This document shows positions 17,166 to 25,695 of a DNA stretch of 59,443 nucleotides, one piece after another; the stretch's first letter is position 1; every line of letters begins with the position of its first letter. The stretch comes from Oscillospiraceae bacterium. Lineage in GTDB: Bacteria; Bacillota; Clostridia; Oscillospirales; Ruminococcaceae. A program made the translations under genes and the position numbers. The stretch covers positions 1-59,443 of the forward strand of contig JAYFQJ010000030.1 of the NCBI GenBank assembly GCA_034927165.1, read 5' to 3'. The notes under the pieces were generated by a model. It was not told the origin of the DNA and did not search any database. It saw nothing but the letters and a program-made list of their open reading frames with translations.

Positions 17166-17942
17166 TTAAATCTTGACATCCTTCGGATATTCTATTTTGC
17201 GGAGCATTTCGACAAAATCAGACAGGCGGGCTGTGTCGACGACGGAAACGGAGGTCTCCGAGGCCGTCGCGGGCGCATTGAAATGCACGGCGGAGCCGCT
17301 CGCGGAGCAGTCGCAGACGGTCGTGTGACAGGAAAAATGCAGTTGTCGCACCCCGGTGGCCGTCACGAGCGCGGCGGCGTTGTTTTCGCGCACGCCGCCG
17401 CCCGCGAGGATCTCGATGCGGTTCGCCGCCGCCAGCGCGCAGCGGCGGATGCAGTCGGCGCCGTCCGGCGCCGCGGGACGGCGGCCGCTGGTGAGTATGC
17501 GGGTGAATCCGAGACGGACGAGCGTCTCAACGTCCGCCTCCGGCTCGCCGCGCAGCACGTCGAACGCGCGGTGAAAAACGGTCTGCGCATCACCGGCTGC
17601 ATCGATAAGGCGCGCGCAGCGTTCCCTGTCGATGCGGCCGTCCTGCGTGAGGCACCCGAAGGCAAGTCCGGCGGCGCCCGCAGCGCACAGCGCGCGCGCA
17701 TCGCGCAGCATACAGTCGAACTCCAGCGCGGAATAACAGAAGCCGCCGGCGCGCGGCCGCACCATGCAGACGACGGGCAGCGGCGCGTTGTCGAGCGCGC
17801 TCTCCAGAAGACCGAGGGAAGGCGTGAGGCCGCCCGCGTCGAGCGCGCAGTTGAGCTCAATGCGGTCGGCGCCCGCGAGAAAGGCGCGCGCCGCGTCGTC
17901 CGCGGAGCCGCAGCAGACCTCCACGGTGATGTATTCGCCCAT
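17166..17942 (-). CDS. cutC: CutC-family TIM-barrel protein
   Basis: VEVCCGSADDAARAFLAGADRIELNCALDAGGLTPS is a CutC signature. Strong AAAGGAGG RBS. Confidence 0.85.
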   Translation of the reverse strand: MGEYITVEVCCGSADDAARAFLAGADRIELNCALDAGGLTPSLGLLESALDNAPLPVVCMVRPRAGGFCYSALEFDCMLRDARALCAAGAAGLAFGCLTQDGRIDRERCARLIDAAGDAQTVFHRAFDVLRGEPEADVETLVRLGFTRILTSGRRPAAPDGADCIRRCALAAANRIEILAGGGVRENNAAALVTATGVRQLHFSCHTTVCDCSASGSAVHFNAPATASETSVSVVDTARLSDFVEMLRKIEYPKDVKI

Positions 17943-17969
17943 TTCTACCTCCTTTATCCGATCGCCGGG

Positions 17970-18752
17970 TCATATTAATTTATACAGCGCAAAGGTCCTA
18001 TATATGCCGTCCGCGTCCGGGCTTTCAGCCACATAATCCGCGGCGGCGAGCACGTCGGGCGCGCTGCCGGCCATCGCGACGCCCACGCCGGCCGCACGCA
18101 GCATCGCGATATCGTTGCCGCCGTCGCCGAATGCCATGCTGTCACACGCGGGGATGCCGAGATGAGCGAGCATTTTCAGTATGCCGACATCCTTGCCTCC
18201 CTCGCGGGGGATGATGTCGCAGGTGATCTCGTTATAGCGCACGGCGGTGCTGTGCGTCAGCTGCGGCAGCAGCTCCCGCTCGGCCCGCCTGTCGAGGAAC
18301 GGGGAGAAGGCATAGATGTCCCGCTCGGACAAATTCTGCGCGCCGTGCACGGCGTACAGCGGGATCCTGATATGCGCTTGAAAATCGAGGACCGTCTGAC
18401 TAATGCGATTGATATAATTTTCATTCAGCTCGCTGACGAGATAAGCGCAGCCGCGCGCGTCGCAGTACCGCTGCGCAGTCGCTACGTCCCGCGCGTCGAG
18501 CGGGCGGCGGAAGACGATCGTGTCGTCGGCGAGATAGCAGATCTGTCCGTTGAGCGCGACGCACCCGTCGAGCGTCACGCCGCGCAGGATCGCGCCCTCC
18601 TCGGGCGTGCGGGTGTTGCGTCCGGTCGCCGCAAAGACGCGCACCCCGTTCGCTCTGGCGCGCGCGATCGCCTCCAGCGCGCTTTGCGGAATGGCGCGGG
18701 TGACGCTGCTTGTGAGCGTATTGTCGATATCCAGAAACACCGCTTGGATCAC
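17970..18752 (-). CDS. Cof-type HAD-IIB sugar phosphatase, second copy
   Basis: FLDIDNTLT motif I and GDGGNDIAML motif IV. The GTG at 18752 has GGAGG 6 nt upstream. The track start at 18788 is a TTG. Confidence 0.8.
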   Translation of the reverse strand: MIQAVFLDIDNTLTSSVTRAIPQSALEAIARARANGVRVFAATGRNTRTPEEGAILRGVTLDGCVALNGQICYLADDTIVFRRPLDARDVATAQRYCDARGCAYLVSELNENYINRISQTVLDFQAHIRIPLYAVHGAQNLSERDIYAFSPFLDRRAERELLPQLTHSTAVRYNEITCDIIPREGGKDVGILKMLAHLGIPACDSMAFGDGGNDIAMLRAAGVGVAMAGSAPDVLAAADYVAESPDADGIYRTFALYKLI

Positions 18753-18857
18753 AGAACGCCTCCGTACGGTAAATTTGCAAAAAATCAAAGCTTATTCTTT
18801 TCAAATTGTATCTAAAGTGTTACCATAATGTAAAGAACATTTTTTGGAGGTAACAGG

Positions 18858-19979
18858 ATGCAGATCAAAAACGGACGTGTATTCTGCGCGGACGGGACCT
18901 TCCACGACGCCGATGTTTTTGCCGAGGGCGACCGCATCGCCGCGGCTGCCGGCGGAGAAACGCTGGACGCGAAGGGCTGCATTGTCGCGCCGGGCTTTGT
19001 GGACTGCCATATCCACGGCGCGCACCGCCATGATTTCTGCGAGGGGACGGACGCGGCGAACGGCGATATCGCCGCCTATCTCGCGTCGGTGGGCGTGACA
19101 AGCTATCTCGGTACGACTATGGCGATGGAAAAGGACGTCCTGCGCGCGATTTTGAAGAGCGCAAAGCATTTTATGGACGTCCCGGAGCCGGGTCGGGCGG
19201 TCATGCGGGGCGTCAACCTCGAGGGACCCTTTGCGTCTAAAGAGAAGAAGGGCGCCATGCAGGAAACGCTGCTGCTGCTGCCGGATTTTGATTTTCTGTG
19301 CGAGCTCGACGCGCTGTGCGGCGGCCGTATCATCTTCGCGGACGTTGCGCCCGAGCTGCCCGGCGGCATGGACTTCGTCCGCGCGGCAAGCGAAAAATAT
19401 GTCGTCAGCATCGCTCATTCCGCCGCGGATTACGACACGGCAAAGGAGGCGTTTCTGAACGGCGCGTCCCATGTGACCCATTTATACAACGCAATGATGC
19501 CGTTTTCCCACCGCGCGCCGGGGCTCATCGGCGCGGCGATGGATTACGCGCGGGACGTCGAGCTCATCAGCGACGGCATCCATGTACACCCGTCGGCAGT
19601 GCGCGCGGCGTTCCGTCTGTTCGGCGACGACCGCGTCTGCCTGATCAGCGACGCGATGATGGCCTGCGGTATGCCCAACGGCGCATATGAGCTCGGCGGT
19701 CAGGATGTCACCGTGAAGGACGGGCTCGCCACGCTCGCGAACGGCACCATCGCCGGCAGCGCGACGCCGCTGAGCGAATGCTTCCGCCGCGCGGTCAAGG
19801 AGTTCGACATCCCGCTCGTGTCGGCGCTCAAGGCCGCGACGATCAACCCGGCGCGCGCGGCGCGCCTCGACGGAGACGTCGGCAGCATCGCGGTCGGCAA
19901 GCGCGCTGATTTTACGCTGCTCGACGGGGACACCCTGCGCGTGCGACACTGTGTCGTCGGCGGCGCGCTGGTCTTCTGA
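18858..19979 (+). CDS. nagA: N-acetylglucosamine-6-phosphate deacetylase
   Basis: GFVDCHIHG, LEGPF, THLYNAM...HRAPGLIGAA, ELISDGIHVHP, GKRADF. GGAGG RBS. Confidence 0.9.
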   Translation: MQIKNGRVFCADGTFHDADVFAEGDRIAAAAGGETLDAKGCIVAPGFVDCHIHGAHRHDFCEGTDAANGDIAAYLASVGVTSYLGTTMAMEKDVLRAILKSAKHFMDVPEPGRAVMRGVNLEGPFASKEKKGAMQETLLLLPDFDFLCELDALCGGRIIFADVAPELPGGMDFVRAASEKYVVSIAHSAADYDTAKEAFLNGASHVTHLYNAMMPFSHRAPGLIGAAMDYARDVELISDGIHVHPSAVRAAFRLFGDDRVCLISDAMMACGMPNGAYELGGQDVTVKDGLATLANGTIAGSATPLSECFRRAVKEFDIPLVSALKAATINPARAARLDGDVGSIAVGKRADFTLLDGDTLRVRHCVVGGALVF

Positions 19980-20000
19980 TCCGGTCTGCTTATGTGAAAA

Positions 20001-20027
20001 GCGCCGCGGTTTACCCGCGGCGCTTTT
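20001..20027 (+). terminator. Rho-independent terminator after nagA
   Basis: 9-bp stem GCGCCGCGG/CCGCGGCGC with a 5-nt loop, followed by TTTT. Confidence 0.75.
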
Positions 20028-20116
20028 GCGCGTCTTTTTGGGATCACCGCATATAAAAAAACAGACGCTTATGTTAGAATAGAATAAAGCCAAGAAGAAT
20101 AAAGGGGAAACGCGAC

Positions 20117-20521
20117 GTGGAATGCTTATGTAAAAGATTGCGCAGGGGAGAGGATCTGCTCGCGGAGATCGAACGGCTCGCGCGGGAGAATCACATAGCG
20201 GCCGGCGTCGTGCTGTCGGCGGTCGGATGTGTCAGCGAAGCGCGCGTGCGCGACGCGTCGGGCATCGCGATACGGCATATCGCGCAGCCGTGCGAGATCG
20301 TATCGATGACGGGGACGGTCAGCGCCGTGCGCACGCATTTGCATATTGCGCTGTCAAAAGAGGACCTGTCGACGGTCGGAGGGCATCTTGCGGAGGGCTG
20401 CATCGTCAATACGACCTGCGAGCTTGTGATCGGTGTTTTGGACGCATATGCCCACGGCGTCGAGCAGGATGCGCACACGGGCTACGACAAGCTCGTTTTT
20501 CTCAGCGGGAAACAGGCATGA
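20117..20521 (+). CDS. PPC (DUF296) domain protein
   Basis: Pattern L..GEDLL.EI..LA....I..G.VLSAVG.V..A.V......EI.S..G.......HLHI.L.......GGHL..G is typical of PPC/DUF296. The stop overlaps the next start (ATGA at 20518-20521). Confidence 0.75.
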   Translation: MECLCKRLRRGEDLLAEIERLARENHIAAGVVLSAVGCVSEARVRDASGIAIRHIAQPCEIVSMTGTVSAVRTHLHIALSKEDLSTVGGHLAEGCIVNTTCELVIGVLDAYAHGVEQDAHTGYDKLVFLSGKQA

Positions 20522-23058
20522 AGCGGCTTTGCATCGGCGTCGTCGCGCATGTGGACGCGGGAAAGACGACGCTCTCTGAGGCGCTGCTGGTTCGGGCGGG
20601 TGTTCTTCGCGCCGCCGGCAGGGTCGATCACGGCGACGCCTATCTCGACACCGACGCGCTCGAAAAGGCGCGCGGGATCACCATCTTTTCCAAACAGGCG
20701 ATCATCCGCAGGCCCGCGTGCGAGCTTACCTTTGTGGATACGCCGGGCCATGTGGATTTTTCAGGAGAGATGCAGCGGGCGCTCGGCGCGCTCGACTGCG
20801 CGGTGCTCGTCGTCAGCGCGGCGGACGGCGTGCAAAGCCACACGCGGACGCTCTGGCGGCTGCTGCGCTATTATCAGATCCCGACGATGATCTTCGTCAA
20901 TAAGACCGATCTTCCGAACGCCGATTGCGGCCGGACGCGCGACGCCCTTGCGGCGCTGGACGCGCGGTGCGTCGATTTCACGGCCGCTGCCTCCGCGCGC
21001 GACGAGGCGGCGGCGCTGTGCGACGAGGCGCTGATGGAGGATTATCTGCGCGGCGGGGCGCTGTCGGACGCGTCGCTCGCGCGGGCGATTTCCGAGCGCG
21101 CGCTGTTCCCGTGCTTTTACGGCTCCGCGCTGAAGCTGGAGGGCGTGGACGCGCTGCTGCGGGCGCTGGAAACGCTGACGATCGAGCCGCCGCGGAGCGC
21201 GGCGTTCGGCGCGCGGGTCATCAAGATATCGACGGACGAGACGGGCGCGCGGCTGACGCACATGAAGCTGACGGGCGGATCGCTCAAGCCGCGCGCGGCG
21301 ATAGAATATGACGGGATATCCGAAAAGGCGACCGCTGTGCGCATCTATTCCGGCGCGAAATACGAAGCGGTCGAGGAGGCGTTCGCGGGCAGCGTCTGTG
21401 CTGTGACGGGGCTTGCGAAAACCTATGCCGGGCAGACGCTCGGCAGCTGTGAAAGCGCGCCGCCGCCGCTGCTCGCGCCGGTGCTGTGCTATCGCGTCGC
21501 GGCGGAAAACGAGGACGCGGACACGCTGCTGCGCCAGCTGCGCGCGCTGGAGCAGGAGGACCCGCTGCTGCACGTCCGTTTTGAACCGTCAAATGCACAG
21601 ATCAGCGTGCGGCTCATGGGCGCGGTGCAGCGCGAGGTGCTCGGAAAGCTTCTGCTGGAGCGCTTCGGCGCCGACGTCCGCTTCTCTCAGGGCGGCGTGC
21701 TTTACCGGGAGACGATCGAAGCCCCCGTCGAGGGCGTCGGTCATTTCGAGCCGCTGCGGCATTACGCGGAGGTGCATCTGCTGCTCGAGCCGACCGAGCA
21801 GGGCAGCGGACTTGCGTTTTCGAGCGCGCTGCGCGGGGATGCGCTGGACCGCAGCTTTCAGAAGCTGATATTGACCCATCTCGCGCAGCGGGAGCATCCC
21901 GGCGTGCTCACCGGCGCGCCCATCACGGACATGAGGATCACGCTCATCGCCGGGAAGAGCCACCTCAAGCACACCGAGGGGGGCGATTTCCGACAGGCGA
22001 CCTACCGCGCGGTGCGGCAGGGGCTCAAGTGCGCGCGGAGCGTTCTGCTCGAGCCGATCTATGACGTGACGCTGGAGCTTCCGAGGGGATTTGTCGGACG
22101 GGCGATGGCGGATGTGCGCCGCATGAACGGTCAATCTGATCCGCCGCGGGCGGACGGGGAGACGGTCGTCCTCAGCGCGCGGGTGCCTGTGCGCGATTTT
22201 GAAGGGTACGCGGCGCAGCTCGCGGCGTATACCGGGGGGCTCGGCCGCGTCAACTGCTTCGTCGGCGGCTATGCGCCCGCGCACGATGCGCCCGCGCTGA
22301 TCGACTCGATCGGTTACGACAGCGAGAGCGACACGGAGAATCCTACCGGCTCGGTGTTCTGCGCGCACGGCGCGGTCTTTACCGTGCCGTGGAACGAGGT
22401 GCGCGGTCATATGCACGTCGGCAGCGGCTTCAGATTCGCGCAGGATGAGCCGGAGTCGGCGGTGCGGAAGAAGCGCTCGGACGAGTTTCGCTCCGCGCTC
22501 GCGCTCGACGCGGAGCTGTTATCTATCTTTGAGCGCACCTACGGACCCGTCAAACGGGAGAAAAAGCAAAGGGCGACCGCCGCGCTGCAGCCGCCGCGTG
22601 CGGCGCGTTCGCAGCCCATCCCGGAGGGGCCGGAGTATCTGCTCGTCGACGGCTATAACATCATCTTCGCGTGGGACGAGCTGCGCGCGCTCACGCAGGA
22701 GAATATGGATGGGGCGCGGGTTCAGCTCATCGACCGCCTTTGCAGCTATCAGGGATATTGTAAAAATGAGTTGATTCTTGTGTTCGACGCTTACCGCGTC
22801 AAGGGCGGCACGGGCGAGGTGGAGCGGCACGGCGGCATCAGCGTGGTGTACACGAAGGAGGCCGAAACGGCGGATATGTATATCGAAAAGACGGCGCACT
22901 CGCTCGCAAAAACGAGACGTGTGCGCGTCGCGACGTCGGACGGAACCGAGCAGATCATCATCCTCGGGCAGGGCGCGCGCCGGGTGTCCGCGACGGCGTT
23001 CCACGACGAGGTGGAGGCGGTCGAAAAGGAGATCCGTGAGATCATCGAAGGGCTGTGA
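20518..23058 (+). CDS. EF-G/TetM-like translational GTPase fused to a C-terminal NYN (YacP/Rae1-type) ribonuclease domain
   Basis: G1 AHVDAGKT, G3 DTPGH, G4 NKTD. EF-G domain IV/V-like GHFEPLRHYAEVHLLLEP. The C-terminus has YLLVDGYNIIFAW, LVFDAY, ETADMYIE and ATSDGTEQIIILGQGA, matching Rae1/YacP motifs. The portion of the long track ORF (from 20227) upstream of 20518 overlaps the PPC gene out of frame. Confidence 0.85.
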   Translation: MKRLCIGVVAHVDAGKTTLSEALLVRAGVLRAAGRVDHGDAYLDTDALEKARGITIFSKQAIIRRPACELTFVDTPGHVDFSGEMQRALGALDCAVLVVSAADGVQSHTRTLWRLLRYYQIPTMIFVNKTDLPNADCGRTRDALAALDARCVDFTAAASARDEAAALCDEALMEDYLRGGALSDASLARAISERALFPCFYGSALKLEGVDALLRALETLTIEPPRSAAFGARVIKISTDETGARLTHMKLTGGSLKPRAAIEYDGISEKATAVRIYSGAKYEAVEEAFAGSVCAVTGLAKTYAGQTLGSCESAPPPLLAPVLCYRVAAENEDADTLLRQLRALEQEDPLLHVRFEPSNAQISVRLMGAVQREVLGKLLLERFGADVRFSQGGVLYRETIEAPVEGVGHFEPLRHYAEVHLLLEPTEQGSGLAFSSALRGDALDRSFQKLILTHLAQREHPGVLTGAPITDMRITLIAGKSHLKHTEGGDFRQATYRAVRQGLKCARSVLLEPIYDVTLELPRGFVGRAMADVRRMNGQSDPPRADGETVVLSARVPVRDFEGYAAQLAAYTGGLGRVNCFVGGYAPAHDAPALIDSIGYDSESDTENPTGSVFCAHGAVFTVPWNEVRGHMHVGSGFRFAQDEPESAVRKKRSDEFRSALALDAELLSIFERTYGPVKREKKQRATAALQPPRAARSQPIPEGPEYLLVDGYNIIFAWDELRALTQENMDGARVQLIDRLCSYQGYCKNELILVFDAYRVKGGTGEVERHGGISVVYTKEAETADMYIEKTAHSLAKTRRVRVATSDGTEQIIILGQGARRVSATAFHDEVEAVEKEIREIIEGL

Positions 23059-23089
23059 GCCGTCTTCCGCAGGGCATATGAATGAAAAG

Positions 23090-23113
23090 CGCCCGCATTG
23101 CGGGCGATTTTTT
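23090..23113 (+). terminator. Rho-independent terminator of the PPC-GTPase-NYN operon
   Basis: 7-bp stem CGCCCGC/GCGGGCG with a 3-nt loop, followed by T6. Confidence 0.75.
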
Positions 23114-23152
23114 GTTGTGCTTCAGCGCAGAACGCGGCGCGCAGCGGCAAGC

Positions 23153-23177
23153 TAAAAGCCCGCCCGCTGCGCGGGCG
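23153..23177 (-). terminator. Minus-strand terminator about 280 nt downstream of the DUF4130 gene
   Basis: The same CGCCCGC/GCGGGCG stem (23161-23167 pairs with 23171-23177). It is followed on the minus strand by GGCTTTT. Confidence 0.5.
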
Positions 23178-23457
23178 AGATTAAGCGCTTAAAGCATATA
23201 AAGCAATACTTGGATTTCGCACAAGGAAATATGTGAACGAAGATGGTATTGCACAAATAGAATTTTTAGAAAGTTATATTAGATGCCTTTTGCATACTTG
23301 CTTTTTGGGGCGTTCCATGTATCGCCTGCTTCAGCCAACACAAGACGATCCTCCAAAGGGAAAAGCACAGGGAGCGATAACGAGCTTCGCGTCGCAGATG
23401 CGAGGCTCGGGGAGTCGGGAGGTCCTTCTCTTGCAGAGAATATCGCCGAGGACGACC

Positions 23458-24291
23458 TCATTCCCCTTGTGCGCGGACGAGCCGTCCGCCGATGCGCTCG
23501 CCGCCGCGCAGCGCGCGCTCGAGCTCTGCGCGCGACGCGGGCGCGCCCGCGTCCGTCTCCGGCAGCAGCGGCCAGTAGCGCTTTTGCATATGCGATCGCT
23601 GGCAGACCGGGTTGCGCCGCTCGCGGATGGCCACGCTCTCGCAGTAGTCCTTCCACAGCGCGTGGAATTCCCGTTCGGCGGGGCTGAGCGAGGGCGTGTC
23701 AAACGCGTCCACGCTGATGATCTCGCTGCGCCCGCGCTGGCAGATCAGCGCCGCCGCGTGGGTGCGGTCGTAGATAAGGAAGGCGTCCCGCGGCAGGCGA
23801 TCCTTGAAATGCGCTTCCAGCAGCGGCAGTACGAAATTTTTCGGTTCGATCTCGGCGACGAGCGCGCCGCCCGCGTCGGAAAAACGCACGAAGCCAAGGT
23901 ACTGATGCGCCTCCCGCTCGAGACGGCGCACTGCGAGCGTCAGCTCGCTGACGGTGTCGTCCGCGAGCATGGAGGCCGCGCGCGGACCGCAGCGGAAGCA
24001 CAGCCGCACAAAGTCGAGGATGAGCGTTTCCTTGTGGGAGTGACAGGTCAAAAAACCGCGCCGCACGAGCTCGAGTGCTTCCTCTGATATCTTGTTGAGA
24101 ATGCCGTTTTCCACCCGCCGCGCCTTTGCGAAATCGGTGTCGATGCAGCGCGTCTCGTACAGCGTCGGCTCGCCGTCGCCGCACACGATGTCGATGGGGC
24201 GTTGATTATGGAAAAAACTCGCAAAAACGCAGCACAGCAGGCCGTCGTAGCTGCCGTCGTACCGATAGATCACATCTGACCGCTCAAGCAT
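23458..24291 (-). CDS. DUF4130-type putative DNA-repair protein (partner of the radical-SAM protein)
   Basis: MLERSDVIYRYDGSYDGLLCCVF... matches the N-terminus typical of the TIGR03915-type family. It overlaps the upstream gene by 22 nt. Confidence 0.8.
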   Translation of the reverse strand: MLERSDVIYRYDGSYDGLLCCVFASFFHNQRPIDIVCGDGEPTLYETRCIDTDFAKARRVENGILNKISEEALELVRRGFLTCHSHKETLILDFVRLCFRCGPRAASMLADDTVSELTLAVRRLEREAHQYLGFVRFSDAGGALVAEIEPKNFVLPLLEAHFKDRLPRDAFLIYDRTHAAALICQRGRSEIISVDAFDTPSLSPAEREFHALWKDYCESVAIRERRNPVCQRSHMQKRYWPLLPETDAGAPASRAELERALRGGERIGGRLVRAQGE

Positions 24292-25577
24292 TTTATAGTG
24301 TCCTCCCTTGTGAGCATGGGTGTAAATAAGCTGAGCTGTTCGACCTCGCAGCCGACCGCGAGACGCTCCTTGCAGCTGTCCGAGACGAGCGCGCGCAGCA
24401 CGGTGTCCGGCGTGATGCACACGCCCGCGGCGAGCCGCCCTTTGCAGGTGATGAAATACTGCGCGCGCTTGAGGACGACGCCGATCTTCCGCAGGCCCTC
24501 AAAATCGAGCGCCCCGTTCCTGCGCGCGCGCAGGATGCGCATCGTGCTGTTGACGCCGATGCCCGGCACGCGCAGCAGCAGCTCGCGCGGCGCGGAGTTT
24601 ACGTCGACGGGGAACTGATCGAGGTGGTTGATGGCCCAGTTGCATTTCGGGTCGATGAGCTGGTTGAAGTTCTCGTGCCGGTCGTCCAGCAGTTCTCCCG
24701 CCGTGAAGCCGTAAAAGCGCAGCAGCCAGTCCGCCTGATAGATGCGGTGCTCGCGCAGCAGCGGCGGCCGCGTGTCGACCGAGGGCAGCAGCGGGCTGCT
24801 GTTGACCGGGATATAGGCGGAGTAAAAGACCCGCTTGAGCTTGTATTTCTGATACATCGCTTCGGAAAGCTGCAATATTTTGCGATCGCTCTCGCCCGTT
24901 GCGCCGACGATGAGCTGGGTGCTCTGCCCGGCGGGCGCAAAAGCGCTCGCGTGCTTGTATACGATTAGCTCGCGGCTGTTTTCCGCGATGCGGTTGCGGA
25001 TGAGACCCATCGGCCGCAGGATGGCCGCCTTGCTCTTGTCGGGCGCGAGGCGCGCGAGGCTGTCGCTCGAGGGCAGCTCGAGGTTGACGCTCATGCGGTC
25101 GCACAGCAGACCCAGCCGCTCGATGAGCGCGTCGTCCGCGCCGGGGATCGCCTTCGCGTGGATGTAGCCGCGAAAGCCGTATTCCTCCCGCAGGATGCGC
25201 AGCGTCTCGATCATCCGCTCGCACGTCGCGTCGGGCGTGCCGAGGATGCCGGAGCTGACGAACAGCCCTTCGATGTAGTTGCGGCGATAAAAGGCGATGG
25301 TGAGATCGGCAAGCTCCCGCGGTGTGAAGCTCGCGCGCTCCACGTCGTTGGAGCGCCGGTTGCGGCAGTACGCGCAGTCGTACGCGCACGCATTGCTCAT
25401 GAGCACCTTTAAAAGCGAGATGCAGCGCCCGTCCGCTGCGAAGCTGTGGCAGATGCCGCAGGCCTTCGCGTTGCCAAGGGCGCCGCCCGCGCCGCTCTTG
25501 TCGACGCCGCTGCTCGTGCAGGCGACGTCGTATTTCGCCGCGTCCGCAAGGATGCGAAGCTTGTCAAACAGATCCAT
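24270..25577 (-). CDS. Putative DNA modification/repair radical SAM protein
   Basis: The N-terminus LADAAKYDVACTSSG matches the TIGR03916-type family. Radical-SAM Cys cluster CAYDCAYC. Confidence 0.85.
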   Translation of the reverse strand: MDLFDKLRILADAAKYDVACTSSGVDKSGAGGALGNAKACGICHSFAADGRCISLLKVLMSNACAYDCAYCRNRRSNDVERASFTPRELADLTIAFYRRNYIEGLFVSSGILGTPDATCERMIETLRILREEYGFRGYIHAKAIPGADDALIERLGLLCDRMSVNLELPSSDSLARLAPDKSKAAILRPMGLIRNRIAENSRELIVYKHASAFAPAGQSTQLIVGATGESDRKILQLSEAMYQKYKLKRVFYSAYIPVNSSPLLPSVDTRPPLLREHRIYQADWLLRFYGFTAGELLDDRHENFNQLIDPKCNWAINHLDQFPVDVNSAPRELLLRVPGIGVNSTMRILRARRNGALDFEGLRKIGVVLKRAQYFITCKGRLAAGVCITPDTVLRALVSDSCKERLAVGCEVEQLSLFTPMLTREDTIKCLSGQM

Positions 25578-25607
25578 AGCCCGCCTCGAAGAATAAATGT
25601 TTTTATC

Positions 25608-25637
25608 ATTATACTACAAGAACAATTGTTCTGTAAA
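25608..25637 (-). promoter_or_regulatory. Promoter with LexA (Cheo) box for the radical-SAM/DUF4130 operon
   Basis: On the minus strand: TTTACA (25632-25637), 18 nt, then TATAAT (25608-25613). The box AGAACAATTGTTCT (25619-25632) fills the spacer. Confidence 0.7.
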
Positions 25638-25650
25638 GCCCCCGAACATA

Positions 25651-25677
25651 AAAAACCGCCGGCGTTTAAACCGGCGG
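25651..25677 (-). terminator. Terminator after the 337-aa membrane-protein gene
   Basis: 7-bp stem CCGCCGG/CCGGCGG with an 8-nt loop, followed on the minus strand by T6. Confidence 0.7.
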
Positions 25678-25695
25678 TCGTTTGCTGCGGGCGGC

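Noticed and set aside
20227-20517. N-terminal extension of the GTPase ORF (the track start at 20227 gives 943 aa).
   Set aside because: The extension overlaps the PPC gene in another frame and reads as Arg-rich nonsense. The conserved G1 motif begins right after the ATG at 20518, which forms an ATGA overlap with the PPC stop.
20518-22450. Calling the GTPase a tetracycline ribosomal-protection (TetM/TetO) resistance gene.
   Set aside because: Only the general EF-G/TetM-like fold can be recognised by eye. The NYN fusion and chromosomal context argue for a different role. A resistance claim would need specific homology and phenotype data.
23365-23425. GCACAGGGAGCGA... resembles the start of a c-di-GMP-I (GEMM-I) riboswitch. 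The nearby minus-strand TTCTCTGCAAGAGAAGG resembles the start of a SAM-I riboswitch.
   Set aside because: The second conserved halves of both motifs are absent, and no gene lies downstream on either strand to be regulated. The region is kept only as an unassigned structured region.
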